From an uncultured Spirochaetota bacterium (GTDB lineage Bacteria > Spirochaetota > Spirochaetia > SZUA-6 > Fen-1364), in the NCBI GenBank assembly GCA_963820525.1, contig CAWGAA010000001.1, positions 2,720,001 through 2,784,000 of the forward strand: a stretch of 64,000 bases of DNA, written 5' to 3'. A model generated the notes under the pieces. The model had not been told where the DNA came from and did no database searches. It worked only from the letters and a program-made list of their open reading frames with translations. The translations under genes were made by a program, and so were the position numbers. Shown here piece by piece: positions 48,995-59,728 of the stretch (position 1 is the stretch's first letter; every line of letters begins with the position of its first letter).

Positions 48995-51169
48995 CTATTC
49001 CTTGATCGTGAACTTTTCTATCTCTGCCACCACGGTGCGGATGCACTGCTCGTTTTCAGCGGCGCGCTCGCTTACGCGTCTCACCGAGGCGTCGATCTGG
49101 TCCGCGGCGCCCGCAATTTTCTCCACCTGATCCTTGACCTCGGTCTGGATCTCCCGAAGGCGTCCAACCTGAGTGAGGATCGTCCCGGTTCCCGATTTCA
49201 TTTCCGTGGCGCTGGAGTGGACCTCCTGGGTGATCGTGTTGATCTGCCCCAGGGCTTGAAGGACCTGGGAGCTTCCCGCGCTCTGCTCCGTCATCGCCAT
49301 CTTCACGGAATCCACCAGGCCGCTCACCTCCTCGACGGAGGCGAGGATCTTCTCGAAGGCCTTCTCGGCCGTCGCGGTGGCCTCCACCACGCTGTTGATC
49401 GTTTCCTTCATCTCGGTGAGCCCCTTGGTCGTGTCCCGCGACTGGGCTCCGGCCTGCTCCGCGAGCTTTCTGATCTCGTCCGCAACGACGGCGAAGCCCT
49501 TTCCATACTCCCCCGCGTGCGCCGCTTCGATGGAGGCGTTCATGGACAGCAGGTTGGTCTGCGCCGCGAAAGAGGCGATGAGCTGGTTGGCCTCCAGGAG
49601 AGTCTCGGACTGGCTCGATATCGAGGCGGCCCAGTTGTTCGCCTCTTCGATCCTGGCCACCCCCTCGTCGGAGGCTTCGGCCAGGGCCTTGAAGCGCTGG
49701 CTCACCTTGTCCATGTTCTGGCTCATCGAGCGGATGTTGGCCACCATCTGCTGGATGGACGCCGAGGACTCCAGGACCGCCGAGGATTGATTTCCTATCA
49801 TGCCGCTCAGGCCGCCGATATTGCGGGAGATCTGCTCCACGGCGGCCGAGGTCTCCTGCACGCTCTCGGACTGGACGTCGATCCTGTCCCTCACGCTCTT
49901 GACGTGGCCCGTGACGACGGCCAGGGATGAGGCTGTCTTTCCCATGTCAGAGGCAAGCTCCGTCCCCACGGTGGAAAGCTGCGTCGCGGCGTTCCTGATC
50001 TGGGCGATCATCGAGGAGAGCTTCGTTGCGAGCGAGTTGAAGCTCTCCGCCAGGGCGCCGACCTCGTCGCGGCCCACCACTCGAACCTGCTGCCTCAAAT
50101 CCCCGGCGGAGAGATCCGCGAAGGAGCGGGTGATGGTCTTCAGGGGCGCCGTGATGCGCGAGGCGACGAAAACCGAGAAGACCGCGAGCGCCGCGATGAT
50201 GAGGAGCGATGCGCCCACGATGAAGAGGACGATCCTCGTCGAGCTCTCGTAGAGCTCCGAGGTGGAAACCGAGACGCTGAGGGCCCACCTCTGTCCCGTA
50301 TCGGCAAGATCGATGGGAACAATGGTGCGAAAGAGGCTCGCCGCACCGCCGGAGGAGGCGAGGGTGACGGTGACGGGCTTCCCTTCGGCAAGGCAGCGGG
50401 TGATCGCATCGGCGCCTTGCGGCGAGTCGGTCTCCTGGATGCTCTTTGCCAGCTCATCCGTGTCGCGGCTGGCGACAATAAGGCCGCTCTGAGAAACGAC
50501 GTCGGAGGAGCCGGTGCGGAAGTGCTCGATTTCAGTCACGAGGCCGGAGAGGGTCTCAAGCGATATATCCACTCCCGAGACCCCGAAGAAGTTCCCCGAG
50601 GGATCGTGAAGCGGGATGCACGCCGACGTCTCCAGAACGAAGGTCCCCTTTTCGGTCTCGTCCTTGTAGGGATCGAGGAACAGGCTCTTGTTCTCTTTCT
50701 TCGGGAGGGCGAAGTAATCCTTTGCGATCTCGGCGGCATATTCCGCGGCGCCGTCGCTGTCCGAAGAGCCCACTTTGCCTTCCTTCCTCCAGGCGTACGG
50801 GACGAATTGCTCTCCCGCACCCAGGCCCTTGTCCCAGGCGTTGGGCTCGAACACGCACCAGGCGGCAAGCAGATCCGCGTGCGCGGCAAGCTCGTCGCGG
50901 AAGATCCCCATCAGCGTGGTCCGATCCTTGACTCCGGAAGCCCGAAGCGATTCGACCGTCGCCGCGATGGTCTGTGCCGTCTGCGACGCGGCCGAGAGCA
51001 ACCCGCTCACCTTCTCTGCGTTTGTCTGGGCGCTCTGCAGTGCGCTCAAGCGGGCTTCATCCAGCAGGCTCGAAGTGACCATCCATCCGATGAGCAGGCA
51101 GGTTCCCGCGAACAGCAGCACCGCAATGGGAAGGAGTGAGAGGAGGATGCGCGCTCGTAATGATTTCAT
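48995..51169 (-). CDS. Methyl-accepting chemotaxis protein (dCache-like sensor, HAMP)
   Basis: Two TMs, DPYKD Cache-like motif, [35 protein letters not shown]. Confidence 0.95.
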   Translation of the reverse strand: MKSLRARILLSLLPIAVLLFAGTCLLIGWMVTSSLLDEARLSALQSAQTNAEKVSGLLSAASQTAQTIAATVESLRASGVKDRTTLMGIFRDELAAHADLLAAWCVFEPNAWDKGLGAGEQFVPYAWRKEGKVGSSDSDGAAEYAAEIAKDYFALPKKENKSLFLDPYKDETEKGTFVLETSACIPLHDPSGNFFGVSGVDISLETLSGLVTEIEHFRTGSSDVVSQSGLIVASRDTDELAKSIQETDSPQGADAITRCLAEGKPVTVTLASSGGAASLFRTIVPIDLADTGQRWALSVSVSTSELYESSTRIVLFIVGASLLIIAALAVFSVFVASRITAPLKTITRSFADLSAGDLRQQVRVVGRDEVGALAESFNSLATKLSSMIAQIRNAATQLSTVGTELASDMGKTASSLAVVTGHVKSVRDRIDVQSESVQETSAAVEQISRNIGGLSGMIGNQSSAVLESSASIQQMVANIRSMSQNMDKVSQRFKALAEASDEGVARIEEANNWAASISSQSETLLEANQLIASFAAQTNLLSMNASIEAAHAGEYGKGFAVVADEIRKLAEQAGAQSRDTTKGLTEMKETINSVVEATATAEKAFEKILASVEEVSGLVDSVKMAMTEQSAGSSQVLQALGQINTITQEVHSSATEMKSGTGTILTQVGRLREIQTEVKDQVEKIAGAADQIDASVRRVSERAAENEQCIRTVVAEIEKFTIKE

Positions 51170-51232
51170 TCCAGTTCCCTTCAACCTTTTAGTTTATCGG
51201 CGATTCCCGATTCGCTGTCAACGGAGGACGGC

Positions 51233-51847
51233 TCACCCCCGGGAGAAGCCCCGGAGGTAGGGGATTCGGGCGGCTGTCTCGCGGATGAGCGGGAGGTTGG
51301 CCAGGAGCACGCCCGTGGTGTCCCACCGGCCGCTTGAGAGCATCTTCCGGTCTCCCTCGGGCATGTCGCAGGGGAAGCACTCTTCAAGGACGCTGATTTC
51401 CTTTGACTCGAGGTCTATCGTTATGAGCGCATCCGGGTCGCGGCTGACGATCTCCATGAGCCTGTCCACGGCGCTTCTGTCCGCCCGAACGGCCGGAATG
51501 CCGATGGCGGTGCAGTTGCCGCTGAATATCTCGGCAAAGGATTCCCCGATCAGGGCCTGGATTCCCCAGCGCATGAGGGATTGGGGCGCATGCTCGCGGG
51601 AAGAGCCGCAGCCGAAGTTCTTGTTGACGATGAGGATCCCTGCCCCCTGATAGCGGGGGTCGTTGAAGGGATGCGTGCGCATCCTCCCGCCTTCATCGAA
51701 GCGCTCGTCGGCAAAGGCGTGGCTTCCCAGATCGGTAAAAGTCACCGTCGTGAGATAGCGCGCCGGGATGATCCTGTCGGTGTCGATGTCGTCTCCGGGG
51801 AGGGGCAGACCCCTCGCGCTCACGATCCGCCTTTCAGAGCCGCTCAT
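51233..51847 (-). CDS. leuD: 3-isopropylmalate dehydratase small subunit
   Basis: [22 protein letters not shown]. Confidence 0.95.
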   Translation of the reverse strand: MSGSERRIVSARGLPLPGDDIDTDRIIPARYLTTVTFTDLGSHAFADERFDEGGRMRTHPFNDPRYQGAGILIVNKNFGCGSSREHAPQSLMRWGIQALIGESFAEIFSGNCTAIGIPAVRADRSAVDRLMEIVSRDPDALITIDLESKEISVLEECFPCDMPEGDRKMLSSGRWDTTGVLLANLPLIRETAARIPYLRGFSRG

Positions 51848-53265
51848 GTCGATGGCTCCTTTCCCGCGGGGAGGAGCCGCGCGTCGGTGACCTCGCCCGC
51901 CACCGCGGCGGCGGCCACCATGGCGGGGCTCATGAGGAGGGTCCGTCCCGTCGGGGAGCCCTGACGGCCGATGAAGTTCCTGTTGGAGGAGCTGGCACAG
52001 ACCTGGCGGCCCACCAGGCGGTCGGGATTCATCGCCAGGCACATCGAGCAGCCGGCCCCCCGCCACTGGAATCCGGCCTGGCGGAAGATCTCGTCGAGCC
52101 CTTCGGCTTCCGCCTGCACGGCAACCTGCGCGGAGCCCGGTACTACCATGGCTTTCACGTGCGGCGCCACGCGCCTGCCCCTGGCCACTTCCGCGGCTTC
52201 CCTGAGGTCGCTCAACCTGCCGTTGGTGCAGGAGCCGATGAAGGCCACGTCGATCTTCAAACCCGCCAGGGGCGTTCCCTCTTGGAAGCCGGTATGTTCG
52301 TAGGCTTTACGGACAACCTCCCGTTCCCCGGGAGGGAGGTCCGCGAGGCGCGGCAGCCTTCCCGTCACTCCCACCGCCTGGCCGGGGTTGATCCCCCAGG
52401 CTACCGTCGGCTCGAGACCCGCCCCGTCGAGGCGGAATACGTCGTCGTAGGAGGCATCGCCGTCCGAAGCGATTTCTTTCCAGAAGCGCCGCGCCGCGGC
52501 AAGCTCCTCTCCCTTGGGGGCGAAGGGGCGGCCCTCGATGTACCGGAAGGTCGTCTCGTCGGGGTTTACATAGCCCACGCGCGCTCCGCCCTCGATGCTC
52601 ATGTTGCAGATCGTCATGCGGGCTTCCATATCGAGAGCCTCGATTGCGGGTCCGCAGTACTCGTAGGCAAAACCGATCCCTCCCTTGACTCCGAGACGGG
52701 AGATGATGGCGAGGATGATGTCCTTGGCGTACACCCCCCGCGGAAGGCGGCCCGACACCTCGATCCGGCGGACCTTTGGCCGGGAAAGCGCGAGGGTCTG
52801 CGTGGCCAGGACGTCGCGGATCTGGGAGGTCCCGATCCCGAAGGCGAGGGCCCCCAGCGCCCCATGGGTGGAGGTATGGGAGTCTCCGCAGGCGATGACC
52901 ATCCCGGGCTGGGTGAGCCCCAGCTCCGGCCCGATGATGTGGACGATGCCCTGGTACGGGGAGTCCAGCCCGAAGAAGCGGATGCCGTGCTCGCGGGTGT
53001 TCGCCTCTATTGCCTGGAGCATCTCCTCTGCCTGGGGATCGCCAAGGGGCCGCGTGCGCAGGTCCGTGGGCACGATGTGATCCACGGTTGCCACCGTCCT
53101 GTCGGCGAACAGCACGGGCAGGCCCCTGTCCTTCAGCATCTGGAACGCCTGCGGCGAGGTGACCTCATGGACGAGGTGCAGCCCGACGAAGATCTGGTCC
53201 TGGCCCGAGGGAAGAGTGGCTACCTTGTGCAGCGCCCAGACCTTCTCCAGAAGGTTTTTTCCCAT
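51844..53265 (-). CDS. leuC: 3-isopropylmalate dehydratase large subunit
   Basis: [45 protein letters not shown]. Confidence 0.96.
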   Translation of the reverse strand: MGKNLLEKVWALHKVATLPSGQDQIFVGLHLVHEVTSPQAFQMLKDRGLPVLFADRTVATVDHIVPTDLRTRPLGDPQAEEMLQAIEANTREHGIRFFGLDSPYQGIVHIIGPELGLTQPGMVIACGDSHTSTHGALGALAFGIGTSQIRDVLATQTLALSRPKVRRIEVSGRLPRGVYAKDIILAIISRLGVKGGIGFAYEYCGPAIEALDMEARMTICNMSIEGGARVGYVNPDETTFRYIEGRPFAPKGEELAAARRFWKEIASDGDASYDDVFRLDGAGLEPTVAWGINPGQAVGVTGRLPRLADLPPGEREVVRKAYEHTGFQEGTPLAGLKIDVAFIGSCTNGRLSDLREAAEVARGRRVAPHVKAMVVPGSAQVAVQAEAEGLDEIFRQAGFQWRGAGCSMCLAMNPDRLVGRQVCASSSNRNFIGRQGSPTGRTLLMSPAMVAAAAVAGEVTDARLLPAGKEPST

Positions 53266-53274
53266 GGCGGCTCC

Positions 53275-53781
53275 TTACGTGACACCCTCACCGCGAGCGA
53301 TGAGAAGCTTTCCCGAGCGCACCAGCTCCACGACCCCATAGGGATCCAGCATCTTTCTGAGGGCATCGAGCTTCTCGGTGGAGCCGGTTGCCTGGAGCGT
53401 GATGGTGCTCTCGCTCAAATCCATGATCCGGCAGCCGAACGCATGGGCGATGTCCATGATCTCGGTCCGCTTGGCGGCGGTGCATTTGAGCTTGACCAGG
53501 GCAAGCTCCCTCTGGATGGTCTCCCGGCCCGAGTACTCCTTGGCATGGATCACGTCCACGAGCTTGTTCAGCTGCTTGAGGATATGCCCCAGGGTTTTTT
53601 CGTCACCTGTGGCCACAATGTTCATGTGGGAGAATCCGGGGTCCTGCCCTTCCGATACGACGAGGCTGTCCACATTGTAGCCGCGGCGGGCGAACACGAG
53701 GGCGATCCGATTCAGCACCCCGGGCTTGTTGGACACGTACAGGCTTATTGCGTGCTTCTTCGTCCGCGGCGGGGCGCTCAC
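53275..53781 (-). CDS. ilvN: Acetolactate synthase small (regulatory) subunit
   Basis: NKPGVLNRI..F.RRGYNVDSL ACT domain, KQLNKLVDV; GTG start overlapping the ilvB stop. Confidence 0.94.
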   Translation of the reverse strand: MSAPPRTKKHAISLYVSNKPGVLNRIALVFARRGYNVDSLVVSEGQDPGFSHMNIVATGDEKTLGHILKQLNKLVDVIHAKEYSGRETIQRELALVKLKCTAAKRTEIMDIAHAFGCRIMDLSESTITLQATGSTEKLDALRKMLDPYGVVELVRSGKLLIARGEGVT

Positions 53782-55478
53782 GTGGCGGCCCTCGCGCGCG
53801 GGGGCTCGATTATCATTTCGGAGAGAGAAGCCCCGGCGGGAATCATGGGAAACACATTGTCTTCCTTGCAGACCTCCGCGTCCACGACGCAGGGCCCCTC
53901 GTTGTACTGGAGTGCTGCGGTGAGCACGCGTCGTATGTCCGCAGTTCGCCTGATGCGGAAGGCTTTGCAGCCGTAGCTTTCGGCAAGCTTCACGAAATCG
54001 GGGTTTCCCACAAGGTCAACGCCGGAGAGACGGTTTTCATAGAAGAGGTTCTGCCACTGGCGGACCATCCCGAGGTAGCGGTTGTTGATGATCAGGATCT
54101 TCACGGGGAGCTTGTAGGTGGCCGCGGTGGCTAGTTCCGCCATCGTCATCTGGAAGCCCCCGTCTCCGACAATTGCCACCACGAGGTCCTTCGGCCGGGC
54201 GAACTGCGCCCCGATGGCGGCGGGAAAACCGAATCCCATCGTTCCCGCGCCTCCCGAGGTGATCCAGTGGAACCTCTGGTCCGTTTTGTAGAACTGCGCC
54301 GCCCACATCTGGTGCTGGCCGACGTCCGTTGTCACGAAGGCTTTCCCGCCGGTGAGGGTGTACATCTCGTCGATGACGGCCTGGGCCTTGAGCTTTCCGT
54401 TCCTCTTGTATTTCAAAGGATAGGCCTTCTTCCAGCCTTCGATGGTGGAAAGCCACTCCTCGGTATCTCCCGGGCGTGCCCGCTGGACGATCTGCCCCAC
54501 CACGCGCCGCGCGTCTCCCACGATTCCCACGTCGACCTGGATGACCTTGTTGATCTCCGCGGGGTCGATATCGACATGGATCTTCACCGCATCGCGGCAG
54601 AAATCCTCCGTGCGCCCCGTGATCCGGTCGTCCCAGCGGGAGCCGACGGACATGACGAGGTCGCAGTCCGCCACGGCCTTGTTCGCGTAGGCGGTGCCGT
54701 GCATTCCGAGCATTCCCAGGCTGAGCTCATGCGTCTCGGGGAAGCATCCCTTTCCCAGGAGGGTATTGGTCACCGGGATGCGCATTTTCTGGGCAAGCTC
54801 GATCACCTCTGCCTCGGCCCCGGAGATCACGGCGCCGTGGCCCACCAGGATCACGGGGCGCTTCGCCTTGGCCAGAAGGTCCGCCGCCCTTTCGATGGAG
54901 GAGGGATCGCCCTCCTCCGGCACGGAGTAGCCGGGGAGGTGGAACTCCTCGTCGTAACGGGGGCACATGCTCGCCTGGGAGACGTCCTTGGGCACGTCCA
55001 CCAGCACGGGTCCCGGCCGCCCGGTCTGCGAGAGGAAGAATGCTTCCCGCAGCACGCGGGGCAGATCCTCCACGCGATGCACGAGGTAGGAGTGCTTCAC
55101 CACCGGAAGCGAGATTCCTGAAACATCGGCTTCTTGAAAGGTGTCCAGCCCGAGGTTGAAGGTGGACTGCTGCCCCGTGATGATCACCATGGGCACCGAA
55201 TCCATCTGGGCCGTGAGGATGCCGGTGATCGTATTGGTGGCCCCCGGCCCCGAGGTGACAAGCACGACGGCGGGCTTTCCACTGGCGCGGGCGAAGCCGT
55301 CCGCCATGTGTGTGGCTCCCTGCTCGTGGCGCGTGAGAATGTGCTCGAGGGGAGAGCCGACGAGCGCGTCGAAGATGGGAATGGCTGCGCCGCCGGGCAG
55401 GCCGAAAACGTAGCGGACCCCCTGCTGTGCTATCACGTCGACTATTATCTGTGCTCCGGTTCGGGTGAGTTCGCTCAT
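53778..55478 (-). CDS. ilvB: Acetolactate synthase large subunit
   Basis: RHEQGA, TSGPGATN, LGMLGMHG, DVGQHQMW, GDGGFQM, GMVRQWQ. Confidence 0.95.
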   Translation of the reverse strand: MSELTRTGAQIIVDVIAQQGVRYVFGLPGGAAIPIFDALVGSPLEHILTRHEQGATHMADGFARASGKPAVVLVTSGPGATNTITGILTAQMDSVPMVIITGQQSTFNLGLDTFQEADVSGISLPVVKHSYLVHRVEDLPRVLREAFFLSQTGRPGPVLVDVPKDVSQASMCPRYDEEFHLPGYSVPEEGDPSSIERAADLLAKAKRPVILVGHGAVISGAEAEVIELAQKMRIPVTNTLLGKGCFPETHELSLGMLGMHGTAYANKAVADCDLVMSVGSRWDDRITGRTEDFCRDAVKIHVDIDPAEINKVIQVDVGIVGDARRVVGQIVQRARPGDTEEWLSTIEGWKKAYPLKYKRNGKLKAQAVIDEMYTLTGGKAFVTTDVGQHQMWAAQFYKTDQRFHWITSGGAGTMGFGFPAAIGAQFARPKDLVVAIVGDGGFQMTMAELATAATYKLPVKILIINNRYLGMVRQWQNLFYENRLSGVDLVGNPDFVKLAESYGCKAFRIRRTADIRRVLTAALQYNEGPCVVDAEVCKEDNVFPMIPAGASLSEMIIEPPRARAAT

Positions 55479-55581
55479 TTTCCACCTATTGGGCTATAAA
55501 GTAGTAACCATCCCGGCGGGAGACAACAGCGAAATCTATCCGCAGACGCCGGCGGGGTAGGGACATCGCGGCAGCCACGGC

Positions 55582-57093
55582 TTACAGTGAATATATCTCG
55601 CTGTACTTCGAAGTGAGGTAGCGCATGTAGGGCTCGATGTCGAGCGGCCCGCCCGCCGCCCGCTCGATGAGCTCCGCCGGGGTGAACGCAGCCCCATGGC
55701 GATAGAGGTTTTCACCAAGCCAGCCAAAGAGCTCTTCGAAGCCCCCGTTTTCGATCCGTGATGGGATTTCGGGGCGGGCGGCGACCGCCGCCTCGAAGAG
55801 CTGGGCGGACAGCACGTTTCCCATGGTGTAGCCCTGGAAGGCGCCGCCGATCAGGCCTCCGTACCAGTGCACGTCCTGAAGCGCTCCGTCCTTGTCGTCC
55901 GGCGGCACGAGCCCCAGGTCCCGGCGGTAGCGCTCGCGCCAGGCGTCGGGAAGGTCGGCGGCTGCGAGCTTCCCCTCCAGGAGGTCGAGCTCCAGGTCGA
56001 AGCGGACCATGACGTGCAGGTTGTACGTCACCTCGTCGGCGTCCGTCCTGATGAGCGAAGGCTCCACCTTGTTGATGGCGCGATAGAAATCCGCAAGCGT
56101 CACGGAACCGAGCTGTGCCGGAAAGAGGGAAGAAAGCCTGGGGAAAAAGAAGCTCCAGAACGCGCGGCTTTTTCCCACCATGTTCTCCCACAGGCGCGAC
56201 TGGCTTTCATGCACCCCGGAGGATACCCCGCGGGCGAGGGGCGTGCCCTCGAAGGAGGGATCAACGCCCTGCTCGTACATTGCGTGACCCGCCTCGTGGA
56301 GGGTGCTGAACAGGGCGTCTGAAATCGTGGATTCCCGCACACGCGTGGTTATGCGGACGTCGCCAATGGAGAACCTGGTTGTGAAGGGGTGAGGCGATCT
56401 GTCCAGCCGCCCGCGCTCGATATCGAAGCCGAATCGGCGAACCACATCCAGGCCGAACTCGACCTGCTGTGCCTCGGGAAAAGTGCCGCGCAGGCAGGAT
56501 GTGTCGATGGGCGGACGCTCGGCGATGGAACGCACGAGGGGGACCAGTCGGGAGCGAAGCTCGCCGAAGAGCTTTCGAAGCTGGCGGGCAGTAGCGCCCT
56601 GGTCCGCCATGTCGATCAAGGGGTCCGCCACGTGATCGTAGCCGGGGAAAAATCCGGCGAACTCTCGGCTGAGATCGAGTGTCCTCTGGAGATACGGCAG
56701 GATGGAAGGGAAGTCATTGTCGGGCCTCGCCCCGGTCCAGGCCATGTAGCTTGCCGAAGTCTGGCGCGACATCTCGGCCACGAACTCGGGCGGTACCTTT
56801 ATCGCCTTCTGGTAGTCACGGCGCGTAACGCGGATGAGGGCGGCATCCGGCGAGTCGTAGGGCAGGCTCCTGGCGTAGGGCTCCAGGGAGTTCAGAAGCT
56901 CCCCGATGGCGGGGTGCGTGAGCTTTTCGTGCATCAGCCGGGACAGGGTGGCCAGCTGACGCCCCCGGGCTTCGGCTCCACCCGGCGGCATGTAGGTGGA
57001 TTGGTCCCAGCTCAGGAGCGCGCCGGCCGAGTCGAGGTCGTTGATCTCGCGCAGGCGTTCGGTGAGCTGCTTCAGTCCGGCGTCGCTGCTCAT
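55582..57093 (-). CDS. M32 carboxypeptidase (carboxypeptidase Taq family)
   Basis: PHPF, HEAGH, HESQS, IRTDADE, QDVHW. Confidence 0.95.
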   Translation of the reverse strand: MSSDAGLKQLTERLREINDLDSAGALLSWDQSTYMPPGGAEARGRQLATLSRLMHEKLTHPAIGELLNSLEPYARSLPYDSPDAALIRVTRRDYQKAIKVPPEFVAEMSRQTSASYMAWTGARPDNDFPSILPYLQRTLDLSREFAGFFPGYDHVADPLIDMADQGATARQLRKLFGELRSRLVPLVRSIAERPPIDTSCLRGTFPEAQQVEFGLDVVRRFGFDIERGRLDRSPHPFTTRFSIGDVRITTRVRESTISDALFSTLHEAGHAMYEQGVDPSFEGTPLARGVSSGVHESQSRLWENMVGKSRAFWSFFFPRLSSLFPAQLGSVTLADFYRAINKVEPSLIRTDADEVTYNLHVMVRFDLELDLLEGKLAAADLPDAWRERYRRDLGLVPPDDKDGALQDVHWYGGLIGGAFQGYTMGNVLSAQLFEAAVAARPEIPSRIENGGFEELFGWLGENLYRHGAAFTPAELIERAAGGPLDIEPYMRYLTSKYSEIYSL

Positions 57094-57221
57094 GAGCCAA
57101 TATAATCGTAAAAAGCCCGACGGCGAAAGGGGACGGCTGCGCAGAGGCGCTGCGATAGGCGGGCTTTCTCATTTGGCAGGGGCGCCGTTTTATGCTATCC
57201 CTCACGTGAGGGAGGCAATCG

Positions 57222-58046
57222 ATGCGAAAAATGATTCTGCTGCTTTCAGCCCTTTTGCTATTGTTGGCTTCCTGCAGCCGTAAATTCGGCGACATAACCC
57301 CCGAGGAATCCATATTCGCGGATACGATGGTAGACATGACCTGGCAGCAGGTGAAGAAGGCCGCCGACGACAAGGCGATCGTGCTTCTCCCCATAGCCGT
57401 GGTGGAAGAACATGGGCCGCAGATGGATCTTTCTCCCGATATCTATCAAACCTGCATCGGTTGCAGGTACGTGAAGAGAGCTCTCGAGAAAAAAGGCATC
57501 CCGGTGATCATAGCCCCTCCCTACTATTGGGGCATGAGCGAAGTGAACAAGCACATTCCCGGGACGTTTTCGGTCCGGGCCGATACGTTTACGGCAATGC
57601 TTTTCGATATCGTGAGCTCGCTTGAATCATGGGGTTTCACTGAAGTTTTCTGCGCGAACCTGCATGGAGATACGACTCATAATGAGGTATTGGATCGGTC
57701 CATCACCGAGATAAGAAATGAGCTGAACATAGGCGTGTATAACATTCAGACCATCGGCAAGAGCCTGGCGAGCCCTCCAAGATTTCTGCCGCCGCGAAGC
57801 GGGAAATTCTCGCCGGATTACCATGCGGGTGCGGATGAAACGGCTATAATGCTGTCTTTGTATCCGCAGAGGGTACGAACGGATATCGCCGAAGGTCTGA
57901 AGCCGGAGGCCTCCTTCGATCCGCTGGGCTATGTCGGTGACCCCGCAAGCTATAAGCTGGAGAAGAACGCCGTCGAGAACTTCAGGATCAATGCCGAGTA
58001 TGGGGCGCAGCTCATCGAAGCTTTTTTGAAAAAAAGTCGAACCTAG
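57222..58046 (+). CDS. Creatininase/MftE-family amidohydrolase with lipoprotein signal
   Basis: LLASC lipobox; DMTWQQV, VEEHGP..D, NLHG, HAGADET. Confidence 0.85.
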   Translation: MRKMILLLSALLLLLASCSRKFGDITPEESIFADTMVDMTWQQVKKAADDKAIVLLPIAVVEEHGPQMDLSPDIYQTCIGCRYVKRALEKKGIPVIIAPPYYWGMSEVNKHIPGTFSVRADTFTAMLFDIVSSLESWGFTEVFCANLHGDTTHNEVLDRSITEIRNELNIGVYNIQTIGKSLASPPRFLPPRSGKFSPDYHAGADETAIMLSLYPQRVRTDIAEGLKPEASFDPLGYVGDPASYKLEKNAVENFRINAEYGAQLIEAFLKKSRT

Positions 58047-58086
58047 GCCTCCGCGCCAAGGCGCGCGGCCTCCATCAATTCATGTT

Positions 58087-58926
58087 TCAACCCGCATTCC
58101 ATTGAATGGGAATGAGCCGGCCTTCGACTTTGTTTCTGAACTTTATAGAAGGATAGCCTACCCCAAGAAAGCCGAAGATTCTCTCCGATTTCAAGAGATG
58201 CAGCTTGTTTCGGAGGGTGCCATCCGCATTCAGAATGGACTGGTTGCCCACGAGGTTCCTGCATCCCAGACCGAGCGCCCCCGCCAACAGGGTGATATTG
58301 TAAACCGCGTATTGAGCGCTTTCCAGATTGAGCGGTACACGCTTGTCGCCGACAACCATGACGAAGGCGGGCGGACGACTGCTGAAGACCGATGCACGCG
58401 TAATTGCAGTCTCCAGCTTGGGCTTCGTTCTCAGGTATTGCTCGCGCATCGAAGGCTTTGCCAAGCTCACAAGATGCGTGAAAAGCCTGGGCTTGAAAAA
58501 AAGGTTATAGATCCTTGTGGAGAATCTCACCAGAATCCGGTCCATGAGATCAATGATCCCGGGATCGTCGATTATCACGATTCGAAATCCATGGCTGTGC
58601 GTTGGGGCATAAGCGGCATAGCCCGCCAGGCGTTCGAGTGTCTTGCGGTCCATGGGAGCTTGCCTGAAGTCTCGGAAAGTCCGTCTTTCCTTGAACAGCT
58701 CATCCATCTGCTCTGCTGACGGCATAAGAAGGGGATTGAATCGCTTGGATTCCACCTTGTCCCAGGCAAGAGCCTGCGAAGGGCAGATTGCTATGCACTG
58801 AGAACATGTGCTGCAATACCGGTAGTCGATCTGGATCTTTTTATCGACGACGGACATGCAATGCTCATGGCAGATCTTTGCGCACGTTCCGCACCCCGTG
58901 CATTTCCCGGTATCTCGAACAACCAT
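58087..58926 (-). CDS. Nitroreductase with N-terminal 2x[4Fe-4S] ferredoxin domain
   Basis: CTGCGTCAKIC and CSTCSQCIAICP; RRTFRDF, YAPT, ALGLG; start may lie slightly upstream. Confidence 0.9.
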   Translation of the reverse strand: MVVRDTGKCTGCGTCAKICHEHCMSVVDKKIQIDYRYCSTCSQCIAICPSQALAWDKVESKRFNPLLMPSAEQMDELFKERRTFRDFRQAPMDRKTLERLAGYAAYAPTHSHGFRIVIIDDPGIIDLMDRILVRFSTRIYNLFFKPRLFTHLVSLAKPSMREQYLRTKPKLETAITRASVFSSRPPAFVMVVGDKRVPLNLESAQYAVYNITLLAGALGLGCRNLVGNQSILNADGTLRNKLHLLKSERIFGFLGVGYPSIKFRNKVEGRLIPIQWNAG

Positions 58927-58946
58927 GCTGTGGCTCGGACTACGTA

Positions 58947-59609
58947 TCAAGCGGTGGGCGCGGCACGCCCGGCGGTATCCGCAGTGACCACGGAACGATG
59001 AGCGTCGATCCATATTCCGAACGGGAGCAGTAAAAGCGTCGCGAAGCACATCAGGATTGAAAGCTGCGGCGGCAAGAGAGCGGACAGCGGAAAGAGGGCG
59101 AGGAAAGCCACCATGAGCCAGAATGACAGCACGCCGGTACGGTCCTTGGCCTTTGTTCCAAGCAGGTAGATCACGATTCCCGCGCCAAGCATGCCGAACT
59201 CCGTTATCAGCGCCGCTGCCATCGAGTTGTACAAGCCCAGGCCGACTTTCGGGGATCCATCGAAGAGAAGAGGCAGGTCCGGGGGAGCAGGATGTCCCAT
59301 TCCCATTGGATGCGAAATGAAGTCCAGCACCCAGTGGCTGAAAACGAGGAGCCCGATCACGATGCTGGTTCGAGCGTCGCGAGAGAACGCGAAGGCGACT
59401 GCAAAACCCGCGATCGACCAGACAACGGACATGAAAAGCCCGTGGGACCACGGGAAAGATGCGTCCGGACCTCCATGCTCGATGCCAATGACCGCGAACA
59501 GGCCGGCCAGCGTATCTATTGCCGTTACGGCAACCAACAGGAAACCCAGAGACGCTTTCGGCGCGGCGCGCTTGGCGGCGAGCCCGACTCCAATGTGTCC
59601 GAAAAACAT
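58947..59609 (-). CDS. Membrane-bound putative metal-dependent hydrolase (YdjM-like)
   Basis: MFFGH, PWSHGL, SHWVLDFISH motifs; multiple TMs. Confidence 0.75.
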   Translation of the reverse strand: MFFGHIGVGLAAKRAAPKASLGFLLVAVTAIDTLAGLFAVIGIEHGGPDASFPWSHGLFMSVVWSIAGFAVAFAFSRDARTSIVIGLLVFSHWVLDFISHPMGMGHPAPPDLPLLFDGSPKVGLGLYNSMAAALITEFGMLGAGIVIYLLGTKAKDRTGVLSFWLMVAFLALFPLSALLPPQLSILMCFATLLLLPFGIWIDAHRSVVTADTAGRAAPTA

Positions 59610-59728
59610 AGAATCTCCTTTATGTATCCGTCGAATGCCAGCATAGCGCGCGTGGGCTCGCTTCTCAAGATGCGGCCCTTCCCATTTTCCCTGTTTCTTG
59701 CCAGTATACGCGGCCATAGATGCCGCCC

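Noticed and set aside
57112..57167. AAAGCCCG...CGGGCTTT inverted repeat resembling part of the IS1182 end
   Set aside because: Only 8-10 bp match, without the terminal GAGCCTGT or a target duplication; not supportable as a MITE
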